Assembly: GCF_009914755.1 (NCBI RefSeq)
Contig: NC_060947.1
Origin: the human T2T-CHM13v2.0 reference genome, Homo sapiens
DNA: 64,000 nt
Reading direction: 5' to 3' (one strand)
The position numbers and the translations under genes were made by a program. The notes under the pieces are model-generated. The model worked only from the letters and a program-made list of their open reading frames with translations, did not search any database and had not been told where the DNA came from. Of the stretch, positions 32,721-49,324 are shown piece by piece (the first letter of the stretch is position 1; the number at the start of each line of letters is the position of its first letter).

Positions 32721-35209
32721 AAATATTGGGGGATCTGGCAAGATGGCCTAATAGGAACAGCTCTGGTCTGCAACTCCCAATAAGACCAATGCAGAAGGCA
32801 GGTGACTTCTGCATTTCCAACAGAGGTACCCTGTTCATCTCATTGGGACTAGTTAGGCAGCGGGTGCAGCCCAGGGAGGGTGAGCAGAAGCAAGGTGAGG
32901 TGACTTCATGTGGGAAGGGCAAGGAGTGGGGGGTCCTCTCTCCCCCAGCCAACGGATGCCATGAGGGACTGTCCTATCCAGTCCAGATACTACGCTTTTC
33001 CAAAGGGTTTTGCAATCTGCATAACAGGAGATTCCCTCATGTGCCTGCACCACCAAGGCCTTGGGTTTCAAGCAAAAAACTGAGTGGCTGTTTGGGCAGA
33101 CACCGAGATAGCTGCAGGAGTATTTTATCATACCCCAGTGGTGCCTGGAACCCCAGTGAGACAGAACTGTTCACTCCACTGGAAAGAGGGCTGAAACCAG
33201 GGAGCCAAGTGGTCTCACTCAACGGGTCCCATTCCCACGGATACCAGCAAGCTAAGAACCACTGGCTTGAAATTCTCACTGCCAGCACAGCAGTCTGAAG
33301 TTGACCTGGGATGATCGAACTTGGTGTGGGGAGGGATATCCGCCATTACTGAGTCTTGAGTAGGTGTTTTTTCTCTGACAGTGCTAAAGAGGCCTGGAAG
33401 TTGGAACAGGGTGGAACGCAATACAGTGTGGCAAAGCAGCTGTGGCCAGACTGCGTCTCTAGATTCCTCCTCACTGGGCAGGGCATCTCTGAAAGAAAGG
33501 CAGAAGACCCAGTCAGGGGCTTATAGATAAAACCCCCCGTATCCCTTGGACAGAGCACCTGGCGGGAGGGGTGGCTGTGGGCGCAGCTTCAGAGGACTTA
33601 AACGTTCCTGCCTGCTGGCTCTGAAGACAGCAGGTGCTCCTGAGGAGGAGGTTTATCCCAGCACAGTGCTCCAGCTCTGCTAAGGAACAGACTGCCTCCT
33701 CAAGTGGGTCCCTGACCCCTGGGCCTCCTGACTGGGAGAGGCATCACAACAGGGGTTGACAGACACCTCATACAGGGGAGCTCCAGCTGGTATCAGGCCG
33801 GTGCTGCTCTGGGAGGAAGCTTCTGGAGGAAAGAGCAGGCAGCAATCTTTGCTGTTCTGAAGCCTCTGTTGGTGATTCCTAGGCAAACAAGGTCTGGAGT
33901 GGACCTCCAGCAAACTGCAGCATACCTGCAGAAGAGAGGCCTGTTAGAACAAAAACTAAAAAACAGAAAGAAATAACATCAACATCAGCAAAAAGGACCC
34001 TCCCACAAAAACCCCACCTTTGAGGTCATCAGCCTTAAAGATCGAAGGTAGATAACCCCATGAAGATGAGGAAAAATGAACACAAAAATGAAGAAAATTC
34101 CAAAAACCAGAATGTGTCCTCTCTTCCAAATAATCGCAACTCCTCTGTAGCAAGGGCACAAAATGAGATGGAGAATGAGTTTGACGAATTCACAGAAGTA
34201 GGATTCAGAAAGTGGATAATAACAAACTCCTCTGAGCTAAAGGAACATGTTCTAACCCAATGGAAGGAAGCTAAGAACCCTAACAAAAAGTTACAAGAAC
34301 TGCTAACTAGAATAACCAGTTTAGAGAAGAACATAAATGACCTGATGGAGCTGAAAAACACAGCACAAGAACTTCATGAAACATACACAATCAACAATAG
34401 CCAAATCGGAAGAAAAGTTATTAGAGATTGAAGATCAACTTAATGAAATAAAGCATGAAGACAAAACTAGAGAAAAAAGAGAATGAAAAAGAACGAACAA
34501 AACCTCCGACTAATATGGAACTGTGTGAAAAGGCCAAACCTACATTTTGGCTGGTGTACCTGAAAGTGACAGGGAAAATGGAACCATGTAAGAAAACATA
34601 CTTCAGGATATTATCCCAGAGAACTTCCCCAACCTAGAAAGACAGGCCAATATTAAAATTCAGGAAATACAGAGGACACCAGTAAGATTCTCCTCTAGGA
34701 AAGTAACCCCAAGACACATAATTTTCAGATTCTCCAAGGTTAAAACAAAGGAAAAAATGTTAAGGTCAGCCAGAGAGAATGGTCAGGTTACTTACAAAGG
34801 GAAGACCATCAGACTAACAGTGGGTCTCTCTGCAGAAACCCCACAAGCCAGACGAGAGTGGGGGCCAACATTCAACATTCTTAAAAAAAAGAAAAAGAAT
34901 TTTCAACCCAGAATTTCATATCCAGCCAAACTAAGCTTCAAAAGTAAAAGAGAAATAATATCCTTTACAGAAAAGCAAATGCTAAGGGATTTTGTCACCA
35001 TCAGGCCTGCCTTAGATGAGCTCCTGAAAAAAGCACTAAATATGGAAAGGAAAAACCAGTACCAGCCACTGCAAAAAACACACCGAAATATAAAGACCAA
35101 CCACACAATGAAGAAACTGCATCAACTAATGTGCTAAATAACTAGCTAACCTCAAGATGACAGCATCAAATTCACACAAAACAATATTAACCTTAAATGT
35201 AAATGGGCT

Positions 35210-38340
<3,131 letters not shown>

Positions 38341-41300
38341 AAATGTAAATGGGCTAAATGCCCCAATTAAAAGACATAGACTGGCAAATCGGATAAAGTG
38401 TCAAGACACATTGGTGTGCTGTATCAGGAGACCCATCGCACACACAAGGACACATAGGCTTAAAGGGATGTAGAAATATTCACCAAGCAAGTAGAAAGCA
38501 AATAAAAGCAGGAGTTGCAATCCTAGTCTCTGATAAAACAGATTTTAAACCAACAAAGATCAAAAAAGACAAAGAAGGGCATTACATAATAGTAGAGGGA
38601 TCAATGCAACAAAAAGAGTTATCATAAATATATATGCACCTAACACAGTAGCACCCAGATTCGTAAAACAAGTTTTTACAGACCTACAAAGGGATATAGA
38701 CTCCCACACAATAAGAGTGGAGGCTTCCAACACCCCACTGTCAGTATTAGACAGATCAACGAGGCAGAAAATTAACAAGTATATTCAGGACTTGAACTCA
38801 GCTCTAGAACAAATGGACCTAATAGACATCTACAGAACTTTCCACCCCAAATCAACAGAATATATATTCTTATCAGCACCACATAGCACTTATACTAAAA
38901 CTGACCACAAAATTTGAAGGAAAACACTCCTCAGTAAATGCAAAAGAAAGGAAATCATAACAAACCGTCTCTCAGACTACAGTGCAATCAAATTAGAACT
39001 CAGGATTAAGAAACTCACTCAAAACTGCACAACTACAGGTAAACAAAACAGCCTGCTCCTGAATGACTGCTGGGTAAATTAAGGCAGAAATAATGAAGTT
39101 CTTTGAAACCAATGAGAACAAAGATACAATGTATCAGAATCTCTGGGACACAGTTAAAGCAGTATTAAGAGGGAAATTTATAGCACTAAATGCCCACATC
39201 AGAAAGTGGGAAAGATCTAATATCAACACCCTAATATCACAATTAAAAGAACTAGAGAAGCAATAGCAAACAAATTCAAAAGCTAGCCGAAAACAAGAAA
39301 TAACTAAGATCAGAGCAGAACTGAAGGAGGTAGACACACGAAAAACCCTTCAAAAAACTCAATAAATCCAGGAGCTGGTTTTTTTTTAAAGATTAACAAG
39401 ATAGATAGACCACTAGCCTGACTCATAAAGAACAAAAGAGAGAAGATTCAAATAGACACAAAAATAATGATAAAAGGGATATCATCACTGATCTCACAGA
39501 AATAGAAACTACCATCAGAGAATACTATAAACACCTCTATGCACGTAAACTAGAAAACGTAGACAAAATGGATAAATTCCTGGACACATACACTCTCCCA
39601 ACCCTAAAGCAGGAAGAAGTCGAATCCGTGAATAGACCAATAACAAGTTCTGAAATTGAGGCAGTAATTAATACCCTACCAACCAAAAAAAGCCCAGGAA
39701 CAAATGAATTCACAGCCAAATTCTACCAGAGGTACAAAGAGGAGCTGGTACCACTCCTTCTGAAACTATTACAAACAATAGAAAAAGAGGGACTCCTCCC
39801 TAACTCATTTTGTGAGGCCAGCATCATCCTGATACCAAAGCCTGGCAGAGACACAACTAAAAAAGAAAATTTCAGGCCGGTATTCCTCATGAACATCCAT
39901 GCAAAAATCCCAAATAAAATGCAGGCAAAGTGAATCCACCAGAATAGCAAAAACTTATCCACCACGATCAGGTCTGCTTCATCCCTGGGATGTAAGGTTG
40001 GCTTAACATATGCAAATCAATAAACGTAATCCATCACATAAACAGAACCAATGACAAAAACCACATGATTATCTCAACAGATGCAGAAAAGACCTTCGAT
40101 AAAATTCAACACCCCTTCATGTTAAAACTCTCAATAAGCTAGGCAGTGATGGAACATATCTTAAAATAATAAGAGATATTTTTGACAAACCCATAGCCAA
40201 TATCATACTGAATGGACAATGGCTGAAAGCATTCCCTTTGAAAACCAGCACAAGACAAGGATTCCCTCTCTCACCACTCCTATTCACCATAGTATTGGAA
40301 GTTCTGACCAGAGCAATCAGTCGAGAGAAAGAAATAAATGGTATTTAAATAGGAAGAGAGGAAGTCAAATCATCTCTGTTTGCAGATGACATGATTGTAT
40401 ATTTAGAAAACCCCATCATCTCAGCCCCAAAACTCCTTAAGCTGATAACCAACTTCAGCAAAGTCTCAGGATACAAAATCAATGTGCAAAAATTACAAGT
40501 ATTCCTATACAAAAATAATAGACAAGCAGAGAGCCAAATCATGAGTGAACTCTCATTCACAATTACTACAAGGAAAATAAAAAACCTAGGAATAAAACTT
40601 ACAAGTGACATGAACAACCTCTTCAAGGAGAACTATAAACCACTGCTCAAGGAAATAAAAGAGGACATGAACAAATGGAAAAAAATTCCATGCTCTTGAA
40701 TAGGAAGAATCAATATTGTGAAAATGGCCATACTGTCCAAACTAATTTATAGATTAAATGCTATCCCCATCAAGCTACCACTGACTTTCTTCACAGAATT
40801 AGAAAAAAAAGCTACTTTAAATTTCATATGGAACGAAAAAAGAGCCTGTATAGCCAAGACAATCCTAAGCAAAAAGAACAAAGCTGGAAGCATCACGCTA
40901 CCTGACTTCAAACTATACTACAAGGCTACAGTAACCAAAACATCATGGTACTGGTAGCAAATCAGGTATGTAGACCAATGGAACAGAACAGAGGCCTCAG
41001 AAATAACACCACACATCTACAACCACCTGATTTTGACAAATCTGACAAAAGCAAGCAATGGCGAAAGGACTCCCTATTTAATAAATGGTGTTGAGAAAAC
41101 TGGCTAACCATATGCAGAAAACTGAAACTGGAACCCTTCCTTACACCTTATACAAAAATTAATTCAAGATGGATTAAAGACTTAAATGTTAGACCTAAAA
41201 CCATAAAAACCCTAGAAGAAAACCTAGGCAATACTTTTCAGGACACAGGCATGGGCAAGGACTTCATAACTAAAACACCAAAAGCAATGGCAACAAAAGC

Positions 41301-41559
41301 CAAAATTGACAAATGAGATCTAATTAAACTAAAGACCTTCTGCACAGCAAAAGAAATTTTCATCAGTGTGAACAGGAAACCTACAGAATGGGAAAATATT
41401 TTTGTAATCTATCCATCTGACAAAGTCTAATATCCATAATATACAATAAACTTAAATTTACAAGAACAAAAAACAACCCCATCAAAAAGTGGGCAAAGGG
41501 TATGAACAGACACTTCTTGAAAGAAGACATTTCTGTGGCCAACAAACATACAAAACAAC

Positions 41560-41640
41560 CGTGTTCCACTCCAATGTTAAAATGGGAATAAAGAGGTTCA
41601 GAGAGGGGAAGGGACTTGCTCAAAACCCAACAGTCTGTAA
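41560..41640 (-). mobile_element. MIR fragment
   Basis: gaggttcagagaggggaagggacttgctcaa core. Confidence 0.55.
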
Positions 41641-41700
41641 AATAATTGAATTCCATTTTTCTACCAATATTGCCTCAACTCTTTTTATATATACATTCTT

Positions 41701-44580
41701 GTTTTGTTTTTATCTTTTCATTTTTCATTTCCATAGGTTTTTGGGGAATATGTTATATTTGGTTACATGAGTAAGTTCTTTAGTGGTGATTTGTGAGATT
41801 TTGGTGCACCCATCTCCTGAGTATTACACAATGAAATCAAACTGTAGTCATTTATCATTCACCCCCTTCCCACCCTTTGTCCCTGAGTCCCCAACGTTCA
41901 TTGTGTCATTCTTATCCCTTTGCATCTTCATAGCTTAACTCCCACTTATGAATGAGAACATATGATGTTTTGTTTTCCATTCCTGAGTTACTTAGAATAA
42001 TAGTCTCCAATCCTATCCATGTTGCTGCAAATGCCATTAATTCATTCCTTTATATGGCTGAGTATTATTCCATTATAAATATAAATATAATGGAATGCTA
42101 CTCAGTCATAAAAACGCTTTATCCACTCATTGATTGACTTGCATTTGGGTTGGTTCCACATTTTTGCAATTGTAAATTGTGCTGCTATAATTATGCGTGA
42201 GCAAGTATCTTTTTCATATTATAACTTATTTTCCTCTGGGTATATACCCAATAGTGGGATTGCTGGATCAAATGATAGTCCTACTTTTAGTTCTTCAAAG
42301 AATCTTCACACTGTTTTCCATAGTGGTTCTACTAGTTTACATTCCCACCAGCAGTGTAGAAATGTTTTTGTTCACTATATTCATGCCAATATCTATTATT
42401 TTTTGATTTTTTGATTATGGCCATTCTTGTGGGAGTAAGATGGTATCTATTGCATTGCACTTTTGATTTACATTTCCCTAATCCTTAGTGATGTTGAGCA
42501 TTTTTTCATATTTTTGTTGGCTATTTGTATATCTTCTTTTGAGAATTGTCTATTTATGTCCTTAGCCAACTTTTCAATGTGATTGTTTATTTTTCTTGCT
42601 AATTTGTCTGAGTTCATTGGACATTCTGGATGTTAGTCCTTTGTCAGATGTACTGATTTTGAAGATTTTCTCCCACTCTGTGGGTTGTCTATTTACTCTG
42701 CTGACTGTTCCTTTTGCTGTGCAAAAGCTGTTTAGTTTAATTAAGTCTCAACTATTTATCTTTGTTTTTAATGCATTTGCTTTTGGGTTCTTGGTCATGG
42801 AATCCTTGCCTAAGCCAACGTCTAGAACGGTTTTTCTGATATTATATTCTAGAATTTTCATAGTTTCAGGTCTTAGATTTAAGTCCTTGATCCATCTTGT
42901 GTTGATTTTTGTGTAAGGTGAGAGATGAGGATCCAGTTTCATTCTTCTACATGTGGCTTTCCAATTATCGCAGCACCATTTGTTGAATAGGGTATGCTTT
43001 CCCCACTTTATGTCTGTGTTTGCTTTGTTGAAGATCAGTTGGCTGTAACTGTTTGGGTTTATTTCTGGGATCTCTATTCTGTTCCATCCGTCTCTGTGTC
43101 TATTTTTATACCAGTACCACACTGTTTTGGTTACTATGGCTTTATAGTATAGTTTGAAATGGGTAATGTGATGCCTCCAGATTTTTTCTTTTACTTAGCC
43201 TTTCTTTGGCTATGTGGGGTCTTTTTTGGTTCCATATGACTTTTAGGATTGTTTTTTCTAGTTCTGTGAGGAATTATTATGGCATTTTGATGGGAATTGC
43301 TTTGAATTTGTAGATTGCTTTTGGCAGTATGGTCATTTTCACAATATTGATTCTACCCATCCATGAGCATGGGATATGTTTTCATTTATTTGTATTGTCT
43401 GTGATTATTTTCAGCAGTGTTTTGTAGTTTTCCTTGTAGAGGTCTTTCACCTCCTTGGTTAGGTATATTCCTAAGTATTGTATTTTACTGTATTGTATTG
43501 TATTGTATTGTATTGTATTGTATTGTATTGTATTGTATTGTATTGTATTGTATTGTATTTTTTGCAGCTATTGTAACAGGAGTTGAGTTATTGATTTAAT
43601 TCTCGGTTTGGTCGCTGTTGGTGTATAGGATAGCTACTGATAGTGAAATAAAATTGGAAATCCACTCCAAAAAGAACTTTCAAAACTATGCACATACATG
43701 GAAATTAAATAACCTACGCCTGAATGATCACTGGGTCAACAATGAAATCAAGATGAAAATTAAAAAATTCTTTGAGCTGAATGACAATAGTGACACAACC
43801 TATCAAAACCTCTGGGACAGAGCAAAGGCAGTGCTAAGAGGAAACTTCACAACCCTAAATGCCTATATCAAAAAGTTTGAAAGAGCACAAACAGACAATC
43901 TAAGGTCACATCTAAAGGAATTAGAGAAACAAGAATAAACCAAACTCAAACCCAGCAGAAGAAAGGAAATAACCAAGATCAGAGCAGAACTAAATGAAAT
44001 GGAAACAAAAAAAAATACAAAAGAAATGCTGGCTAACAGAATTCAGCAACGTATCAAAAAGATAATTCATCGTGATCAAGTAGGTTTCATACCAAAGAAG
44101 CAGGGATGGTTTAACATACACAAGTCAATACATGTGATATACCATGTAACAGGATTTAAAACAAAAATCACATGATCATCTCAAAAGATGCAGAAAAAGC
44201 ATTTGACAAAATCCAGCATCCCTTTATGATTAAAACTCCTAGCAAAACCGGCATACAAGGGGCATACCTCAATGAAATAAAAGCCATCTATGACAATCCT
44301 ACAGCCAACATAATACTGAATGGGGAAAAGTTGAAAGCATTCCCTCTGAGAACAAGATAAGGATGCCCACTCCATTTCTGTTCAACATAGTACTGGAAGT
44401 CCTAGCCAGAGCAATCAAGACAAGAGAAGGAAATAAAGGGCATCCAAATCTGTAAAAAGGAAGTCAAACTGCTGCTGTTTGCTGATGATATGATTGTATA
44501 CCTAGAAAACCCAAAAGACTCCTCCAACAAGCTCCTAGAACTGATAAAAGAATTCAGCAAAGTTTCCAAATAGAAAATTA
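41701..44580 (-). mobile_element. L1PB1-like element, twin-primed (3' part on minus strand 41701-43640; inverted part 43641-44580)
   Basis: L1PB1 3' end signature ggttacatgagtaagttctttagtggtgatttgtgagattttggtgcaccc; TSD tataYacattctt at 41688-41700 and 44581-44593. Confidence 0.9.
43491..43555 (+). repeat. (TATTG)13 microsatellite inside L1PB1
   Basis: Direct count. Confidence 0.97.
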
Positions 44581-44718
44581 TATACACATTCTTATATACT
44601 GACAGATTCTTTACATTTAGATGTTAATGGAATTCCCTGTTGCCTCAACCCCTTTTGTATACACATTCTTATATACTGACAGATTCTTTGCATTTAAATG
44701 TTAATGGGATTCCCTGTT
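44581..44718 (+). repeat. 77-bp-period tandem duplication
   Basis: tatacacattcttatatactgacagattcttt..ttccctgtt at 44581 and 44658. Confidence 0.93.
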
Positions 44719-45267
44719 TAACCATTCTCTAACTTTAGCAAAATGTTTCCAGATGAGAACAAGAGGCTCATAAAGGCAAAGTATCCTGTCCAAAATCTCA
44801 CAATGAATTAGAGGTAGAGTTGAGACTAACTGCACAGTGTATTTGTAGAGAATGTCAAATGGTGACCTTTGGCCTAAGTGTGCCAAAAGAAAACCAGTGG
44901 CTCTCTGAGACCCACCAATATACCAAGTGAATGTCCATTTTTTCCTTGATGTTAATGAACTACAGATCTTAGTACTCAACCTGGCTTCTTGCTTCCTTTT
45001 GAGTATAGTAGCCAGGAACAGGTGGTTCCCAAGCCGCTTTTTCTACTAGGCGCGAGTGAAACAGACAAAGCCTGATGACAATAGGAATTATGAGATGATA
45101 CAAGATTACTACTGCTTCCTGTTTTCTCTAAAGCCACGGATCCAGGCAAAATAAAAAGGCATTTACAGAGTATCTGACACATTTGTTTTGGGGTTTTGAG
45201 CAAGTCTGACCCTTCACTTTGTGTTCCATTCTATGTGAACTTCTCACTCTGTCTCCATTTCATTTTT

Positions 45268-45329
45268 TTCTCTCTTTCTCTCTCTCTCTCACACACACAC
45301 ACGCACACAAACACACACACTCACACACA
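45268..45329 (+). repeat. (TC)n(CA)n compound microsatellite
   Basis: Direct reading. Confidence 0.9.
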
Positions 45330-45656
45330 AGCTGTGCTGTCTGTCCTGAAGCCTTTATCTTTGCTGATGCTACACCTGCTCGTCCCACAATCCCGACCTG
45401 TACCCATCTTCTCCTGAGAAAATCTGCTCACTCTTCAATGTCAGAATGTCATCTCTTAGGTTCCAGCTCCATGAAACCTTCCATGATTCTTTCAGCTGAC
45501 AGCAAGCTCGTCCTCCTGTGATACTTCACAGCTCTTTCCTTGTACAATTCTTTAGCCTCAGTCCCTTTATGTTTAAGTTAGCATCTTGTACATTCAAGTA
45601 TAAATATTTATTGAAAAAAACTAATGATCTTATTTGCTCAACACAACAACTGATAT

Positions 45657-46209
45657 TGTTACCCGAAAGAGGTCCCAATACAGACCCCAAGAGAGGATTC
45701 TTGGATCTCGTGCAAGAAAGAATTAGGGGCAAATCCATAGAGCAAAGTGAAAGCAAGTTTGTTAAGAAGATAAAGGAATAAGAGAATGGCTACTCCATAG
45801 GTGGAGCAGCCCCGAAGCCTGCTGGTTGCCCATTTTTATGGTTATTTCTTGATGATATGCTAAACAAGGGGTGGATTATTCATATCTCACCTTTTTAGAC
45901 CATATAGAGTAACTTCCTGATGTTGCCATAGCATTTGTAAAATGTCATGGCGCTGGTGGGAGTGTAGCAGTGGGGACGACCAGAGGTTACTCTCATTGCC
46001 ATCCTGGTTTTGGTGGGTTTTAGCCAACTTCTTTACTGCAATCTGCTTTATCAGCAAGGTCTTTATGACCTGTATCTTGTGCTGACCTCCTATCTCATCC
46101 TGTGACTTAGGATGCCTAACTGATTGGGAATGCAGCCCAGTAGGTCTCAGCCTTATTTTACCTAGCCTCTATTCAAGATGAAGTTGCTCTGGTTTAAATG
46201 CCTTTGACA
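45657..46209 (-). mobile_element. MER41A-like solo LTR (ERV1)
   Basis: tgttacccgaaagaggtccc...tgcctttgaca, 553 bp; 4-bp TSD atat/acat. Confidence 0.88.
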
Positions 46210-47500
46210 ACATGGCAGGTAGAAAAAGGATCAACATTCCCATTTGACAGATAATAAAGTTCAGGTTCTGAGAGGTGAAAGGTCACATAGTTACTATGCA
46301 GAAGACACTAGACACAAGTCTGCTCTTCTATTTCTTCCTTTCACTCTATCTGGAAAATCAACAGCTATAAGGTTTCTCTCTTCAATATAACTTTGTCAAG
46401 ATGATCCTAAAGCACCAAACACACACTAGATCTCCTAAAATGTTGGAAATATGGCTTGGAACCCAAATAGCAAGGCTTCGGTGTGGATTCAGGGACTTAC
46501 GGAGCTGGGCTAAGCTTTCTCATGATCATCATTTTCTACAGCTAGTAATCAGCATTGCATAGCCAGAAAAGACTCTCACATTTATCTCGGACAACTGTGT
46601 AAATATAAAAACTGTAAGCTAAGGCTAATTTTTAAAAATGAAAGCTGTGGAAGGCTTTAGGAGGCTGAGTCTCCTCCCCTTCTCTTGTGCATAGACTAAA
46701 GCCTCTATTGTCCACTCCAAGGGAATAATGTTTTCAAACCTCCACAGCAGTTAGTATTGTCGTGCCCTTAGACCCTCATGCTGCTATTTTGTTACCCCAG
46801 GGAACGAGCCAAGTAGCACCAGTTTAATTGTCATGTTTAGAATGAGCATCCTCTTATGAAGAATTATTGGCCAGCTAGAAGGCTTATGGTCAGGAACTAA
46901 ACACTATGCAATTGGCTTCCCAGGGTCCTCTTTCTTCTGAGGCTTGTTTGGAGTCAGAGCTGCATACTTCCCCAAAACAAATTTTGCAGCTGCCAGGAGC
47001 CAAGACAGCTGTGAAACAGTGAGATGGATTGGGCTCTGCCTCCTGCACCACTCCAAATCTCTGCCAGCACCAGTTTCTAGAACCTTTCCCACTAATGAAA
47101 GTACAAAGGGGAAAAAGTCGCGTTTGCTTTTCACAGTGCTGGCAGGACCTGGAAGCTTGGCACTTAAGTACTTCTCCTTGTTTCAATGTGTACCCTGAGT
47201 AGTTCAAAATGGGAATGACTAGAGATTAAATATGAGGCACTGGGGTAGTTTGGCTTTTCACAGATCCTCATATCTGGCCATAACTTCCCTAAGCTGTATC
47301 TAAACTGAAATCACCAACACCTGTTCTCACTGCAGCACACGATCTGAGAGAAGAGTTTCATATTTGCAAGGTCTCAGACATGCCTTTAAAATTTCATAAT
47401 ACTTCTTCTTGTGTTTCCCATGCTTGATGGGGCTCAGAATTGACAGTGTACATTTTCAGTAATACAGAGATGAGAAGGGTCAGAGAGGAAGTAAAGTGGC

Positions 47501-47652
47501 TAGGACTGGCTATGTAAATTGCCAAGGGGTGCAGTTCAAATGAAAATGTGAGACCTCTAATATAAAATTTCATGATGGCGATAATGGATCATGAAACTAA
47601 TCGTGGGGCTTTGTGCGACACCACGGGACACTTGCCTACAAAGCCATCCCTA
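47501..47652 (-). mobile_element. MER45A-like non-autonomous hAT element
   Basis: taggactggctatgtaaatt..aaatgaaaatgtg..gtgcgac..aagccatcccta follows the MER45A reverse complement. Confidence 0.7.
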
Positions 47653-49324
47653 CTCCCTGCTTAAACGGAGACAAGAACACATTGGTGATTCTCAAATGCA
47701 AACTGTCCCTTTACTGAAAACCTAATGAGTTTAATGCTTACTATACTGTAGTCCCTTATGTGCTGATTACATTGTGGAATGCTGCAGGGAGAAAAACAAA
47801 TTCACCTAATGATGCTAAAGAACCATTAGGAGACTTTACTAGTTTAGGTCACAAGTGCCTAGAAATACAGAAATGATCTTTGACCTTTCCTCCATTTTTC
47901 AAAAGGACGCTATTTCTGTGAACCTCATTGACCTCTCCAGACAAAGTCCCAGATTGCCTTTGCCAAAGTTAACAACCCATCTTGGCTTCTTGCCATTTCT
48001 CATGTATTCACTAGATCAGTGCATGACTGCTGCTCTCAACCCACATCATGGGGCCAGAGCCTTCACTGGTTAATATTTATAAAAAAATACTTTGAAGATT
48101 AAATCCTTGGTCAGTAGAGAAAACACTAGACATGGATAGAACAAGAAATTGTGGGGTCTGGGCCTCCTCCCAGAACTGCCACCACCAGACAATGTTATCT
48201 TTGACAGATTTGTGGTATCTGGGTGGCTGTACTTTTCTTTTGGTGAAATAGCAAAAGCCAAAAAAAGAGACTGTAACATCTGATGGGATTTTGCCCAGCT
48301 CCAGTACTGAATTCCTGGGTTGCCTTAGAGGAAAGGTATTGACTGTTTCATCTCTTTGGCCCTCAGTATACTCCCCCAACCCAAATCCACCCCTCCGTCA
48401 TACACACATCTTACTCTGGAAATGATTCTTAGCAGGAAAACATACTATTATGAGGAACATACTTAGCAGTGCTCTCATAACCCTGCCAAGGGCTGGCATT
48501 TTGATTTTGTTTGCACACAGAAACCTGTTTGACTGAAATCTGGAAAAAAAAAAAAAAAAAAAAGAAAAACCAGACACGGGAGAAAAATAAAAATCACAGT
48601 AGTTTTATACATACATTTGATTTCTAAGGCCAGATAACTGATTTTGTTACCATTTTCTATCCTGTTATTCTGGTGCTGCGAATGCACTAGCTAGAAGTAA
48701 AAGTTGTGGGGAAAGGAAGAAGTTGGTTCTGAGTTTATTTTCCCCAGGGTTTCTGAGGGAGTTCCACCCTCTCCCCTGAAAGGGAGTTGGGGCAAATCTA
48801 TGTTTCTAATTCCACATCAAGTGTAACTATAGCCTGTTCAGAATATTCCTCTTTGAAACAGCACTTTGAGAACAGGGAGCTGCAGCAGTGCAAGACAGCT
48901 TGTGGTTGGCTTGGGACTTTAGCCTCAACCCAAATTTGGAACTGGGAACATCTCCAGTCAGCTCTATGGCTAGTCTCACCTTCCTGATCAGCCACTTGGG
49001 CGGGCTGTAAGCCTGGCTAAACCAGGTCACCTCAACATTTGTGTCAGGGCAAAGAGTGGAGGAGAGAAGGTGTTTCTTCAACTCCTGGCTTTTAGCTGTG
49101 CCTGGATGCCTGCATACTGTTAAAATTCAGCTGCCAGCCTTATCTTATCCGTAATCAGTTGAATTTATTACAATAATCTGATTTTAGAAGCCCCTGAGGC
49201 ATGGCTTGAGGTCCTATATTGACTTAGGCCCTTGGCTCTGAGGCATTAGAGTCCTGAATTGACTTTAAAGAGGCATAGAAACATAGATGTCTACCAAAGG
49301 CTTCAAACTGGCCAACTCTCAGTC

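Noticed and set aside
32645-33298. 217-aa ORF and overlapping ORFs
   Set aside because: Lie in the GC-rich L1PA7/8 5' UTR, where stop codons are scarce; no recognisable domain
33215-33346. ORF0-like start (MADIPP..SDCC) in the older L1PA7/8
   Set aside because: Stops after ~43 codons; degenerate
43417-43599. ORF with (CIVLY)n repeats
   Set aside because: Translation of the (TATTG)n microsatellite
46890-49081. Short ORFs in the unique island as possible exons
   Set aside because: No recognisable domain or consistent splice structure; lengths are compatible with chance
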